Positions 1 to 8,880 of a stretch of DNA of 64,000 bases are shown one piece after another (position 1 is the stretch's first letter; each line of letters starts with the position of its first letter). The DNA is taken from NCBI GenBank assembly GCA_905236385.1, contig CAJOOY010000034.1:14048-78047 (forward strand). The letters are read 5' to 3'. The translations under genes and the position numbers were made by a program. The notes under the pieces are model-generated. The model saw only the letters and a list, made by a program, of their open reading frames with translations. It did not search any database and was not told the origin of the DNA. Source of the stretch: an uncultured Spirochaetia bacterium (GTDB lineage Bacteria; Spirochaetota; Spirochaetia; Sphaerochaetales; Sphaerochaetaceae).

Positions 1-1802
1 AAGCTGTTTCAATTGTCTCTTCAGCTTCTCACAAAACAGAGCTGCTTAATAGGCTTAAGGAGCTTGGGGTCTTCCATATAAGTGAGAAAAAGAGTGCAGA
101 CCAGGCCCTTCTGGACCGTTTTGCTTCATTGAATTCCAATTTCTCTGCTCTTAAGGAGATAGAAGGCTCTTCATTTGATTCAGAAGTTCTAGATAAAGAG
201 TGCTTTGAAGAGTTAGATAAGTCTGTAACAGAGGCTAGGGCGTCTATAGCAAAGCTTACTGAAGAGAGAACAAAGTGTGCTCTCGCTTCCGATAAAATCA
301 GGTCTTGGGGAGACTTTGATCCTTCTTCTGTTTCAGCTCTTAAGGAAGAGGGCGTGGAACTGCACTTCTTCCGTATGGGTAAGAAGGAGCTTCAGAGCCT
401 AAGCAAAGATGAGAACGTTAAGTTTATAAGGCTTGCTACTGTAGATAAGATGGAGGCTGTAGCCGTAATAGGGGAGGCTTCTTCTGTACAGGTTGGAACA
501 GAGTTTGAACTTCCTGAAGAGGGTATTTCTGACTTGGATAGCAGGATTAAGAAGATTGAAGACTCTATTTCTTCAAATAAGAAGGTTCTTGAAGAGGCTT
601 CTAAGCACCTCTCCAGCTACAGGTTCTACATCTTAGGCTGTTCAAATGAGATTAACTATTCATCTGCAGGAAACACTGTTGAAGCTGAAGACGGGCTTAT
701 CTGGATTTCTGGTTACATTCCGGAGGAGAGTTCTAAGGCCTTCTTAGAAGCTGCTTCTGAGCAGAAATGGGCTTACATGATTGGAGAGCCGGCAAATGAT
801 GATGAGAAGGTTCCTACCAAGGTTAAGTACAACAAGGTTACAACCCTCATGGAGCCTGTTTTTGATATCTTGGGTACCATCCCGGGCTACAGGGAGTATG
901 ATATTTCATTCTGGTTCCTCTGCTTCTTTGCTCTTTTCTTTGCAATGATCATAGGAGATGCCGGTTACGGATTCTGCTTCCTTGCTGTTGCTTTGGGATT
1001 GCACTTCAAGCAGAAAAAGGCTACAAACCTAGTCTTGCTTGTCTATGTCATGTCACTAACCACCATTGCTTGGGGCGCAGTAACTGGAACATGGTTTGGC
1101 CTTGAAGGCGCCATGAATATTCCACTTCTGAAGTCACTGGTAATTGGGCCGATAGCAAACTATCCAGAGTACTTTGGATACACTGCAGTTCAGCAGCAGA
1201 ACACAATCATGAAGTTCTGTTTCATGATAGGTACCATCCAGCTTTCACTGGCATGTGTCATGAATGTCTGGACAAAACTTGGCAAAAAGGACCTGAGCTT
1301 CATAGCAGATATAGGGTGGCTGCTTTCTATAAACGCCCTTTACTATGTGGTTCTTCTGTTGGTAATCAACGCTGAAGTGAACCTTGTACCTGTGGCTTTG
1401 ATTATTCTCTCTGGCTTCTTGATTGTAGTTCTTTTCGGTGGCATGAGCCCGGAGAAGAGCTTTGTTCAGGGACTAAAGGCAGGCTTAGCAGACGCCTTTA
1501 CAGTCTTCTTGAATACAATCAGCGCCTTTGGAAACATAATGAGCTACATAAGACTGTTTGCTGTAGGTCTTGCTTCCTTGGCTATTGCCCAAAGTTTCAA
1601 CAACATGGCTCTTGGGTTCAACGGATGGCTTAAGGTTGCTGGCGTGTTGATTTTTGTAATTGGACACGCATTGAATCTTGTAATGGGTCTGCTTTCCGTT
1701 GTTGTTCACGGAGTGAGACTTAATCTTCTTGAATTCTCCGGCCAGCTCGGAATGGAGTGGACCGGTGTCGCATATGAACCTTTTAAGGAAAAAACAAAAT
1801 AG
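1..1802 (+). CDS. ntpI: V-type ATP synthase subunit I (membrane a-subunit), 5'-truncated by the window edge
   Basis: Frame 3 is open from nt 3 (AVSIVSSASHKTELLNRLKELGVFHISEK...), so the listed TTG start at 129 is internal. Hydrophilic N-half and multi-TM C-half with SYIRLFAVGLAS (stator Arg motif). Followed directly by subunit K. Confidence 0.9.
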   Translation, partial: AVSIVSSASHKTELLNRLKELGVFHISEKKSADQALLDRFASLNSNFSALKEIEGSSFDSEVLDKECFEELDKSVTEARASIAKLTEERTKCALASDKIRSWGDFDPSSVSALKEEGVELHFFRMGKKELQSLSKDENVKFIRLATVDKMEAVAVIGEASSVQVGTEFELPEEGISDLDSRIKKIEDSISSNKKVLEEASKHLSSYRFYILGCSNEINYSSAGNTVEAEDGLIWISGYIPEESSKAFLEAASEQKWAYMIGEPANDDEKVPTKVKYNKVTTLMEPVFDILGTIPGYREYDISFWFLCFFALFFAMIIGDAGYGFCFLAVALGLHFKQKKATNLVLLVYVMSLTTIAWGAVTGTWFGLEGAMNIPLLKSLVIGPIANYPEYFGYTAVQQQNTIMKFCFMIGTIQLSLACVMNVWTKLGKKDLSFIADIGWLLSINALYYVVLLLVINAEVNLVPVALIILSGFLIVVLFGGMSPEKSFVQGLKAGLADAFTVFLNTISAFGNIMSYIRLFAVGLASLAIAQSFNNMALGFNGWLKVAGVLIFVIGHALNLVMGLLSVVVHGVRLNLLEFSGQLGMEWTGVAYEPFKEKTK

Positions 1803-1828
1803 GTAGTAAAACCTTAAGGAGAATAAAA

Positions 1829-2263
1829 ATGGATATTTCATTTATCGGAATGGCTTGTGCTCTCGGACTTTCAGCTCTCGGTTCCTGTTTCGGCGCCGGT
1901 GCCGCAGCTCTTTCATCAGTTGGTGCATGGAAGAAGTGCTATGCTAACGGAAAGCCGGCACCATTCATCATGGTTGCTTTCTCAGGTGCTCCGCTTACAC
2001 AGACAATTTACGGCTTCCTGCTCATGTCGTTCATCAAGAGTGCCGCTTCTTCTGGAGCCAGTCCACTGCTTTGTATGTTCACCGGTCTTCTCGGTGGTCT
2101 TGCAATCGGTATGTCTGCTCTTTACCAGGGCAGGGTTGCTGCAGCTTCTGCAGACGCTCTTGGAGAGACAGGTAAGGGAACTGCAAACTTCTTTATCGTT
2201 ATTGGTATAGTAGAAACAGTTGCTCTGTTTACTCTTGTTTTCAGCCTTCTCCTTTTACAGTAA
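1829..2263 (+). CDS. ntpK: V-type ATP synthase subunit K (proteolipid c-ring subunit)
   Basis: 144 aa, four-TM double hairpin that is Gly/Ala-rich, with GIVETVALF as the ion-binding Glu helix. AAGGAG RBS lies 8 nt upstream. Confidence 0.92.
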   Translation: MDISFIGMACALGLSALGSCFGAGAAALSSVGAWKKCYANGKPAPFIMVAFSGAPLTQTIYGFLLMSFIKSAASSGASPLLCMFTGLLGGLAIGMSALYQGRVAAASADALGETGKGTANFFIVIGIVETVALFTLVFSLLLLQ

Positions 2264-2270
2264 GGCAATA

Positions 2271-2339
2271 GTTGCAAAGCCCAGTGATTCGGGGCATTTT
2301 TTTAAATTTGTTGCAAATTGCATAAGTTGCAATTAAACT
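2271..2339 (+). promoter_or_regulatory. GTTGCAA repeat cluster and candidate sigma-70 promoter (TTGCAA-N17-TAAACT) upstream of the BMP/ABC operon
   Basis: GTTGCAA at 2271, 2310 and 2326, plus ATTGCA at 2317. TTGCAA (2311-2316), 17-nt spacer, TAAACT (2334-2339). Confidence 0.3.
2279..2303 (+). terminator. Weak putative rho-independent terminator after the V-ATPase operon
   Basis: 4-bp GCCC/GGGC stem with a 9-nt loop, followed by T7. The stem is short. Confidence 0.3.
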
Positions 2340-2393
2340 TTTTATTAATCAGATTATCCTCATTGATTGGGGATGAAACTTTGGAGGTTTTAA

Positions 2394-3482
2394 ATGAAGA
2401 AATTTTTGGTGATTCTTCTTGTTCTCTTGGTTTCTTTCTCTATCTTCGCAAAAGGTGGAAAGGAAGAGACAAAATCAAGCAAGCCAACTGTAGCTATTCT
2501 TACTGATGCTACCGGTGTTGATGATAAGTCATTTAACGCAGCTGCATGGCGCGGAATCAAGCAGTTCTATAACAACGAAGGTGAAGGCACTCTTTACAGA
2601 AACATCACAGCTCAGTCATCAGATGACTACCTTCCTAACCTTAAGAATACTGCTGCTCAGGGTTATGACCTGATCATTACAACCGGTTTCACATGGGGAG
2701 ATGCTGTAGCAGCTTTCTGTGCTGAGTATCCAAACCAGAAGGTTATTATTGTTGACGTTGACTATCTGCCACAGACAGCCAATCTGATCCAGTACATCTA
2801 CGAAGAAGAGCAGGGTTCATATCTTGTTGGTGTTGCTGCAGCAAAGCAGGCACAGCATGATGGAATTTCAAATCCTGTTTTCGGATTCATCGGTGGTGTA
2901 CCGGGAGCTACAATCACAAAGTTCGAGATTGGTTACATTGAAGGTATCAAGTCTGTATTCCCGAATGCAAAGATTGTTGACTACTATGCAAACAGCTGGG
3001 GCGCACCTGAACTTGCTAAGACACAGGCCAAGAGCTGGTATGACAGTGGTGTATACTGCATCTTCTCAGCAGCTGGTGGAACAGGTGGTGGAACAATTGC
3101 TCAGGCAGCTGAATACAGAGCAGCTGGCAAGAACGTATGGGCAATCGGTGTTGACTCTGACCAGTATGAAGATGGTCTCTATGGAGACAAGACAAAGTCT
3201 GCAGTTCTCACATCCATGCTTAAGATGGTTGAAAACTCAACAATTGACGCTCTCACAAAGGTTGAGAACGGAACATTTGTCGGTGGCGTAGTAACTCAGA
3301 ACATGAAGACTGAAGGTGTCGGATATGCTACAACAAACGCAGAACTTTGCGCAGAAGCAAAGACCGCTTGTGAAGCAGCTAAGGCTGACATCCTCTCAGG
3401 AAAGATTGTTGTCAACAAGACATATGCAGCTTCTAAGGCAGCTGGAATTGCTCCTGCAGGCCTTGGCGCTATTGACGACTGA
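2394..3482 (+). CDS. BMP-family (PnrA/TmpC-like) nucleoside ABC transporter substrate-binding protein
   Basis: Signal peptide MKKFLVILLVLLVSFSIFA. BMP/Med-type fold motifs (VAILTDATGVDDKSFN, GFIGGVPG, WAIGVDSDQ). Followed by a dual-NBD ATPase and two permeases, as in the T. pallidum pnrA operon. Confidence 0.88.
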   Translation: MKKFLVILLVLLVSFSIFAKGGKEETKSSKPTVAILTDATGVDDKSFNAAAWRGIKQFYNNEGEGTLYRNITAQSSDDYLPNLKNTAAQGYDLIITTGFTWGDAVAAFCAEYPNQKVIIVDVDYLPQTANLIQYIYEEEQGSYLVGVAAAKQAQHDGISNPVFGFIGGVPGATITKFEIGYIEGIKSVFPNAKIVDYYANSWGAPELAKTQAKSWYDSGVYCIFSAAGGTGGGTIAQAAEYRAAGKNVWAIGVDSDQYEDGLYGDKTKSAVLTSMLKMVENSTIDALTKVENGTFVGGVVTQNMKTEGVGYATTNAELCAEAKTACEAAKADILSGKIVVNKTYAASKAAGIAPAGLGAIDD

Positions 3483-3503
3483 TTATTCTTTCAGACATTT
3501 ATG

Positions 3504-3530
3504 GACACGCCTCACTGAGGCGTGTCTTTG
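3504..3530 (+). terminator. Intra-operon hairpin/attenuator after the SBP gene
   Basis: Perfect 10-bp stem GACACGCCTC/GAGGCGTGTC with a 3-nt loop, followed by TTTGT. Confidence 0.6.
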
Positions 3531-3571
3531 TAATACCTGAAAGGTAAAGGAATTAACTAAAGGAGGAGAGG

Positions 3572-5110
3572 GTGAGCGAATATGCAATTGAGATGCTGGG
3601 TATAACCAAGACATTCCCGGGCATTATAGCAAATGACAACGTTAATCTTGTTGTTAAGAAGAATGAAGTTCATGCCATTCTCGGAGAAAACGGAGCGGGA
3701 AAGAGTACACTTATGTCGGTACTTTTCGGAGCGTATTCTCCTGATAGCGGTAAAATTCTTATCAACGGAAAAGAGGTAAAGATAACTAACCCTAACGTTG
3801 CTACAGATCTTGGAATAGGTATGGTTCATCAGCACTTCAAACTTGTCCATAACTACACAGTTACGGAGAACATTGTTCTTGGAAGAGAGCCGAGAAACAA
3901 GTTTGGAATTCTTTCGCTGGATGAAGCTGAGAAGAAGGTTCAGATGCTTTCTGAGAAGTATGGACTGCAGGTAGATCCGAAGGCAAAGATTGAAGATATT
4001 ACAGTCGGTCAGCAGCAGAGAGTAGAGATTCTCAAAACCCTCTATTCTGACTCAGATATCATTATTCTTGACGAGCCATCAGCTGTTCTTACCCCGCAGG
4101 AAATAGATGAGTTGATGGATATAATCAGACTTCTGCAGAAGGAAGGTAAGACCATTGTTCTCATTACCCATAAGCTCAAGGAAATCAAGGCTGTTGCAAA
4201 CAGATGTACCATCCTCAGAAGAGGTAAGTATATTGACTGTGTGGATATTACTCCTGAGACTTCTGAGCAGGAACTGGCTACCATGATGGTTGGAAGACCC
4301 GTTAAGTTTGATATTGAGAAAAAGCCTTGTAATCCAGGTGAAAAGCTTCTTGAAATCAAGAGTATCAGCGTAAATGACAGTGTTGGTGTAGAAAAGGTAC
4401 ATGACCTTTCACTGGATGTGTGCGCTGGTGAGATTGTCGGTATAGCAGGTGTTGACGGTAATGGTCAGACTGAGCTTTTGTACGCATTAAGTGGTCTTTC
4501 TCCTGTAACGAAGGGTCAGATAATCATGAACGGTAAGGATATTACCAACATGAAGATCCGTGAAAGAAATGAAGCAGGACTTGGTCATATTCCTGAGGAC
4601 AGACATAAGCATGGTCTTGTAGGAGGACTCTCCGTAGCTGAAAACACAGTACTTAAAGATTTCTATACACTAAAGTATTCCGGAAAACTCGGTGTCCTCA
4701 TGACCGACAGGATTTTTGCAAATTCCGACAAGCTTATTGAAGAGTTTGATATTCGTTCAGGTCAGGGAAGCATAACTCCGGCTGGTGCACTTTCAGGTGG
4801 AAACCAGCAGAAAGTCATTGTTGCACGTGAGATTTCCCTTTCTCCGAATGTCCTGCTTGTTGCCCAGCCTACCCGTGGTCTTGATGTAGGTGCTATTGAA
4901 TACATCAGAAAGCGACTGGTTGCTGAAAGAGATAAAGGCAGAGCCATCTTGCTTGTCAGCTTTGAGCTTGATGAGATCATGAACCTTTGTGACCGTATTG
5001 CCGCCATTTCAAAGGGTTCTATTGCCGGTGTATTCAAGGCCGGTGAAAAGACAGCTTCTGAAATTGGTCTCATGATGGCTGGTGAAAAATCAAAGGAGGC
5101 TTCTAAATGA
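3572..5110 (+). CDS. Sugar/nucleoside ABC transporter ATP-binding protein (two fused NBDs)
   Basis: GTG start after AAAGGAGGAGAG. Walker A GENGAGKST, signature LSGGNQQK, and a second degenerate NBD. 512 aa, typical of CUT2/RbsA-like ATPases. Confidence 0.92.
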   Translation: MSEYAIEMLGITKTFPGIIANDNVNLVVKKNEVHAILGENGAGKSTLMSVLFGAYSPDSGKILINGKEVKITNPNVATDLGIGMVHQHFKLVHNYTVTENIVLGREPRNKFGILSLDEAEKKVQMLSEKYGLQVDPKAKIEDITVGQQQRVEILKTLYSDSDIIILDEPSAVLTPQEIDELMDIIRLLQKEGKTIVLITHKLKEIKAVANRCTILRRGKYIDCVDITPETSEQELATMMVGRPVKFDIEKKPCNPGEKLLEIKSISVNDSVGVEKVHDLSLDVCAGEIVGIAGVDGNGQTELLYALSGLSPVTKGQIIMNGKDITNMKIRERNEAGLGHIPEDRHKHGLVGGLSVAENTVLKDFYTLKYSGKLGVLMTDRIFANSDKLIEEFDIRSGQGSITPAGALSGGNQQKVIVAREISLSPNVLLVAQPTRGLDVGAIEYIRKRLVAERDKGRAILLVSFELDEIMNLCDRIAAISKGSIAGVFKAGEKTASEIGLMMAGEKSKEASK

Positions 5111-6249
5111 CAAAGTCTTCAAAATCCACAAATAAAACTGATCAGGTCTGGATTGATCGCCTGCTTGCAAGTGAGGGAGCTACATCCGTACTTGTAGTTA
5201 TCTTAGGTATTCTTTCCGGTACACTTATTGTTGCCCTTCTTGGAAAGAACCCCTCAAGTCTCTTCAAGGCCATTTGGCAGGCTTTTGTAGGTTACTACAA
5301 CAAGGGTAAGGGTGCCTGGAGTGTCGGTCCGCTTGGAGATACCTTGACATATGCTATTCCATATGTTCTTTGTGGTCTTTCAATGGGTTTTGCAAATAGA
5401 GTAGGTCTGTTCAATATAGGAGCTGAAGGTCAGTATACAGTTGGTATGCTTGCAGCTCATGCTTTTGCTGTATGTATTCCTGCTTTCCCTGGCCAGTGGC
5501 TCTTCTGTATGGTAGTTGCAGTTCTCGCCGGAGCTATCTGGGGTGGAATTGTCGGTATATTGAAAGCTAAGTTCAAGATTTCCGAAGTTGTTGCAACAAT
5601 CATGCTTAACTATATTGCACTGTACATTTACAGACTTGTTGCTCTTTATCTCTTCCCTGCAGGTCTTACAAACAGGACCTACAGAACAGCAGATCTTGCT
5701 TCCACATCTATCCTTAAGGGAGTATTTATCTCTGAATCAAACCTCAACATAGGTTTCTTCTTCATGATTCTTGCAGTATTTGTCTACTGGTTCATCATGG
5801 AGAAGACCAAGCTTGGTTTCAGCTTCAGAGCTACAGGTTTTAACAAGGATGCAGCTCGTTGCTCAGGTATCAATGACACTCAGGCCATTTCTCTTTCAAT
5901 GGCTATTGCAGGAGCCTTTGCAGGTCTTGCAGGCGCATGTGTTCTTCTCGGCTCACTTAAGTTCGGTAGAATCATGCAGGGTCAGGATAACTACGGCTTT
6001 ATGGGTATTGCAGTTGCCCTTGTCGGTAACAGTAAGGCTCCCGGAATCTTCCTTGCCGGTATTCTTTTCGGAGCACTCAGAAGTGCCTATTCACTTATGC
6101 AGTTCATGAATATTCCGAGAGAGGTTGTAAACATTATTGAGGGTCTTATTGTTATCTTTATTGCTCTTAGAGCCGGTCTTGGTAAAGTCCAGGAATACAG
6201 AGCAAAACAGAAAATCAAGAAAGCGAGAGAACAGGAGGCTGCAAAATGA
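5107..6249 (+). CDS. ABC transporter permease (BMP/nucleoside system)
   Basis: Multi-TM protein with a 4-nt overlap onto the ATPase gene. Branched-chain/ribose-type permease layout. Confidence 0.88.
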   Translation: MTKSSKSTNKTDQVWIDRLLASEGATSVLVVILGILSGTLIVALLGKNPSSLFKAIWQAFVGYYNKGKGAWSVGPLGDTLTYAIPYVLCGLSMGFANRVGLFNIGAEGQYTVGMLAAHAFAVCIPAFPGQWLFCMVVAVLAGAIWGGIVGILKAKFKISEVVATIMLNYIALYIYRLVALYLFPAGLTNRTYRTADLASTSILKGVFISESNLNIGFFFMILAVFVYWFIMEKTKLGFSFRATGFNKDAARCSGINDTQAISLSMAIAGAFAGLAGACVLLGSLKFGRIMQGQDNYGFMGIAVALVGNSKAPGIFLAGILFGALRSAYSLMQFMNIPREVVNIIEGLIVIFIALRAGLGKVQEYRAKQKIKKAREQEAAK

Positions 6250-7139
6250 ATATTTTAAATATGATTCCTACAATCATGATGGTTACTGCTCCTATTCTCA
6301 TTACTGCTATTGGTGGAATGATTTGTGAAAGAAGCGGTGTTGTTAACGTTGCTCTTGAAGGACTTATGAGTATTGGTGCCTGTGCTGCAGCATGTACGGC
6401 ATTTATCCTTCAGAGTACCGGAGCAGGTGGCGGTTCTGTATGGGTCGGTGTTCTCATTGCCATGCTTATCTCAGGTATTATCTCCCTGATTCATGCTGTA
6501 GCAGCCATTGACCTCAAGGCTAACCAGACCATTTCAGGTACAGGTATCAACCTTCTTGCAGATGGTATAACAATCTTTGCCTGTCAGGTTCTTTTCGGAA
6601 TGGACAGAACAGATACTATCCCAATCAGAATGCATACAGATGGTCTTGGATTCTATCCTTCATTCTATATTGCTATTGGTGTTGTTGTTCTTTCATGGTT
6701 TGTTCTCTATAAGACTCCGTTTGGAATGCACCTTAGAGCCTGTGGTGAACACCCGGCAGCAGCTGATTCAGTTGGTATTAATGTTAGACGTGTAAGATAC
6801 ATTGGTGTCTTTGTTTCCGGTGTTCTTGGTGGTCTGGCCGGTGCCTGTGCCGTTATGACACAGACAACACAGTTCACTTCAACACTCATTGGTGGTAGAG
6901 GATTTATTGCTCTTGCTGCAGTTGCCTTCGGTCGTTGGACTCCGATCGGAGTTCTCGGAGCTTCAGTTCTCTTTGGAGCTTCTCAGGCACTGTCAGTACT
7001 TCTTAGCGGAACATCTATTCCGTCAGAGGTGTTCAATATTATCCCTTACGCCATTACCCTGATAGCTCTTATTGCTTTCTCCGGTAAGGATTTTGCACCA
7101 AGAAGTGCAGGCCTGCCGTACGAGAAGTCTTCAAGCTGA
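6246..7139 (+). CDS. ABC transporter permease (BMP/nucleoside system), second subunit
   Basis: Multi-TM protein with a 4-nt overlap onto the preceding permease. Confidence 0.88.
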   Translation: MNILNMIPTIMMVTAPILITAIGGMICERSGVVNVALEGLMSIGACAAACTAFILQSTGAGGGSVWVGVLIAMLISGIISLIHAVAAIDLKANQTISGTGINLLADGITIFACQVLFGMDRTDTIPIRMHTDGLGFYPSFYIAIGVVVLSWFVLYKTPFGMHLRACGEHPAAADSVGINVRRVRYIGVFVSGVLGGLAGACAVMTQTTQFTSTLIGGRGFIALAAVAFGRWTPIGVLGASVLFGASQALSVLLSGTSIPSEVFNIIPYAITLIALIAFSGKDFAPRSAGLPYEKSSS

Positions 7140-7162
7140 CAGATTTTTGGTCCTTAAATTTA

Positions 7163-7199
7163 AGAGCTGACTGGTAATACCAGTTGGCTCTTTTGTTTA
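7163..7199 (+). terminator. Rho-independent terminator after the ABC operon
   Basis: AGAGCTGACTGG-taat-ACCAGTTGGCTCT stem (two mismatches) followed by TTTTGTTT. Confidence 0.6.
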
Positions 7200-7235
7200 C
7201 ATGTGTTAAGATATCTAAGGGTAAAGAGGTTTTTT

Positions 7236-7961
7236 ATGACTCCACATAATAGAGCAAGTGCTTCAGATTTTGCAAAAACAGTTCTCATGCCAGGAGACCC
7301 GCTTAGGGCTAAGTACTGCGCTGAGAACTTTATGGAAAACTCAAGGCTGGTTACAGATGTAAGAAATGTTCTAGGTTACACTGGAACCTACAAGGGTGTT
7401 CCTGTCTCTGTCATGTCCTGTGGCATGGGTGCTCCTAGTGCAGGGATTTATTCCTACGAGCTTTATACTGAGTACGGCGTGGAGAGTATAATCAGAATAG
7501 GAACCAGTGGAGGGCTACAGAAAGATTTGCCTCTTGGGTGCCTCATTTTTTCCATGTGCTGCTCAACTGATTCTTCCTGGGCAGATCAGTACAACCTGCC
7601 GGGAACTCTTGCTCCTTGTGCTGATTCATCTCTCTTGTTTGAGGCTATTGATTGTGCAAAAGAGCTGGGAGTTGATTACAGGTGTGGCATGACTCTCTCC
7701 AGTGATTTGTTTTCAACCTACAGTGCTAGAGAGAGTGAGTACAAGAAGTGGACAGATATGGGAGCATTGGCTTCAGATATGGAGACCATAGCCCTTTACT
7801 GTAACGCCATGTATACTCATAAGAGGGCTCTTTCAATTCTTACCATGACAGATAACTGTATAACTGGTGAGAGCTTTAAGAATGAAGACAGGATGCAGGC
7901 AAATGACAACATGATAAAGGTTGGACTTGAGACTGCATACAGACTTTCAAAGGACAGATAG
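7236..7961 (+). CDS. deoD: Purine nucleoside phosphorylase, DeoD type
   Basis: ATG at 7236 follows AAGAGG. MPGDPLRAKY, GMGAPSAGIY and RIGTSGG motifs are typical of hexameric PNP. Confidence 0.88.
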   Translation: MTPHNRASASDFAKTVLMPGDPLRAKYCAENFMENSRLVTDVRNVLGYTGTYKGVPVSVMSCGMGAPSAGIYSYELYTEYGVESIIRIGTSGGLQKDLPLGCLIFSMCCSTDSSWADQYNLPGTLAPCADSSLLFEAIDCAKELGVDYRCGMTLSSDLFSTYSARESEYKKWTDMGALASDMETIALYCNAMYTHKRALSILTMTDNCITGESFKNEDRMQANDNMIKVGLETAYRLSKDR

Positions 7962-7962
7962 T

Positions 7963-8880
7963 ATGGAAAGAATTATTTTTGATTGTGATCCTGGTCATGA
8001 TGATGCTGTAGCTCTTGCCATGGCTAAAGGCCTGTCAGAGTATTTCAAACTTGAGGCAGTTATTGCCACTTACGGCAACCAGATTAGAGAAAAAACCCTT
8101 ACAAACACCCTCAACCTGGCGCAGGCTCTTAATCTGGATGTACCTGTGTATGCTGGCTCTGTTGCTCCCCTTATCAGAGAGCGGGTAGTGGCTGGAAACA
8201 TACACGGCGAGAACGGTCTGGCTGGTCCTGTGTTTCCTGAGTGCAGGCTAAAGTGTGCAGGAAACGGAATTACCTATGCTCTGGATACAGTTATTAATAA
8301 TCCCGGGGAGATAACATTTGTTAGTGTCGGGCCTTTTACGGATCTGGCCGTCTGTCTAAAGGCAGACCCTAGGTTTGCCCCATCTCTTAAGAGAATTATA
8401 GTTATGGGCGGTTCAACCTGTGGTGGAAACGTAACCAGCACTGCTGAGTTTAATGTGTATGCTGATCCAGAGGCAGCTCAGATAGTCTTTAACAGTGGAG
8501 TAGAGATAGTTCAGTTTGGCCTGGATGTAACGTTGCAGGTCATGCTCAGTGAAGAGATACTTGAGAAGGTTCGCGCTTCAAAAGAAACAAACTATAAATC
8601 AATCTTCCTTGCTTCCATGGAGTACTATGTTAAGTCCTGCAAGGAGTTTATCCATGACTACCCGGCCATGCATGACCCATGCACTATTGCTTATCTGGCC
8701 GACCCGACTATTTTTAAGTTCATAGAAACAGACGTGGAAGTGGATTTAAAGAGCACTCTTCACTATGGAGCTACAGTGGATCTTAGAGAAAGCATAAATA
8801 AGAACGTTAAGAAGGCTATTAAGGCTGATATTAAGAAGTTCTGGGATCTGTTTTTCAAGGCTTTGGAGAAGCTTCCATGA
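7963..8880 (+). CDS. Nucleoside hydrolase (IUNH/Rih family)
   Basis: N-terminal DCDPGHDDAVAL aspartate cluster, the hallmark of inosine-uridine-preferring nucleoside hydrolases. ATG lies 1 nt after the deoD stop. Confidence 0.88.
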   Translation: MERIIFDCDPGHDDAVALAMAKGLSEYFKLEAVIATYGNQIREKTLTNTLNLAQALNLDVPVYAGSVAPLIRERVVAGNIHGENGLAGPVFPECRLKCAGNGITYALDTVINNPGEITFVSVGPFTDLAVCLKADPRFAPSLKRIIVMGGSTCGGNVTSTAEFNVYADPEAAQIVFNSGVEIVQFGLDVTLQVMLSEEILEKVRASKETNYKSIFLASMEYYVKSCKEFIHDYPAMHDPCTIAYLADPTIFKFIETDVEVDLKSTLHYGATVDLRESINKNVKKAIKADIKKFWDLFFKALEKLP

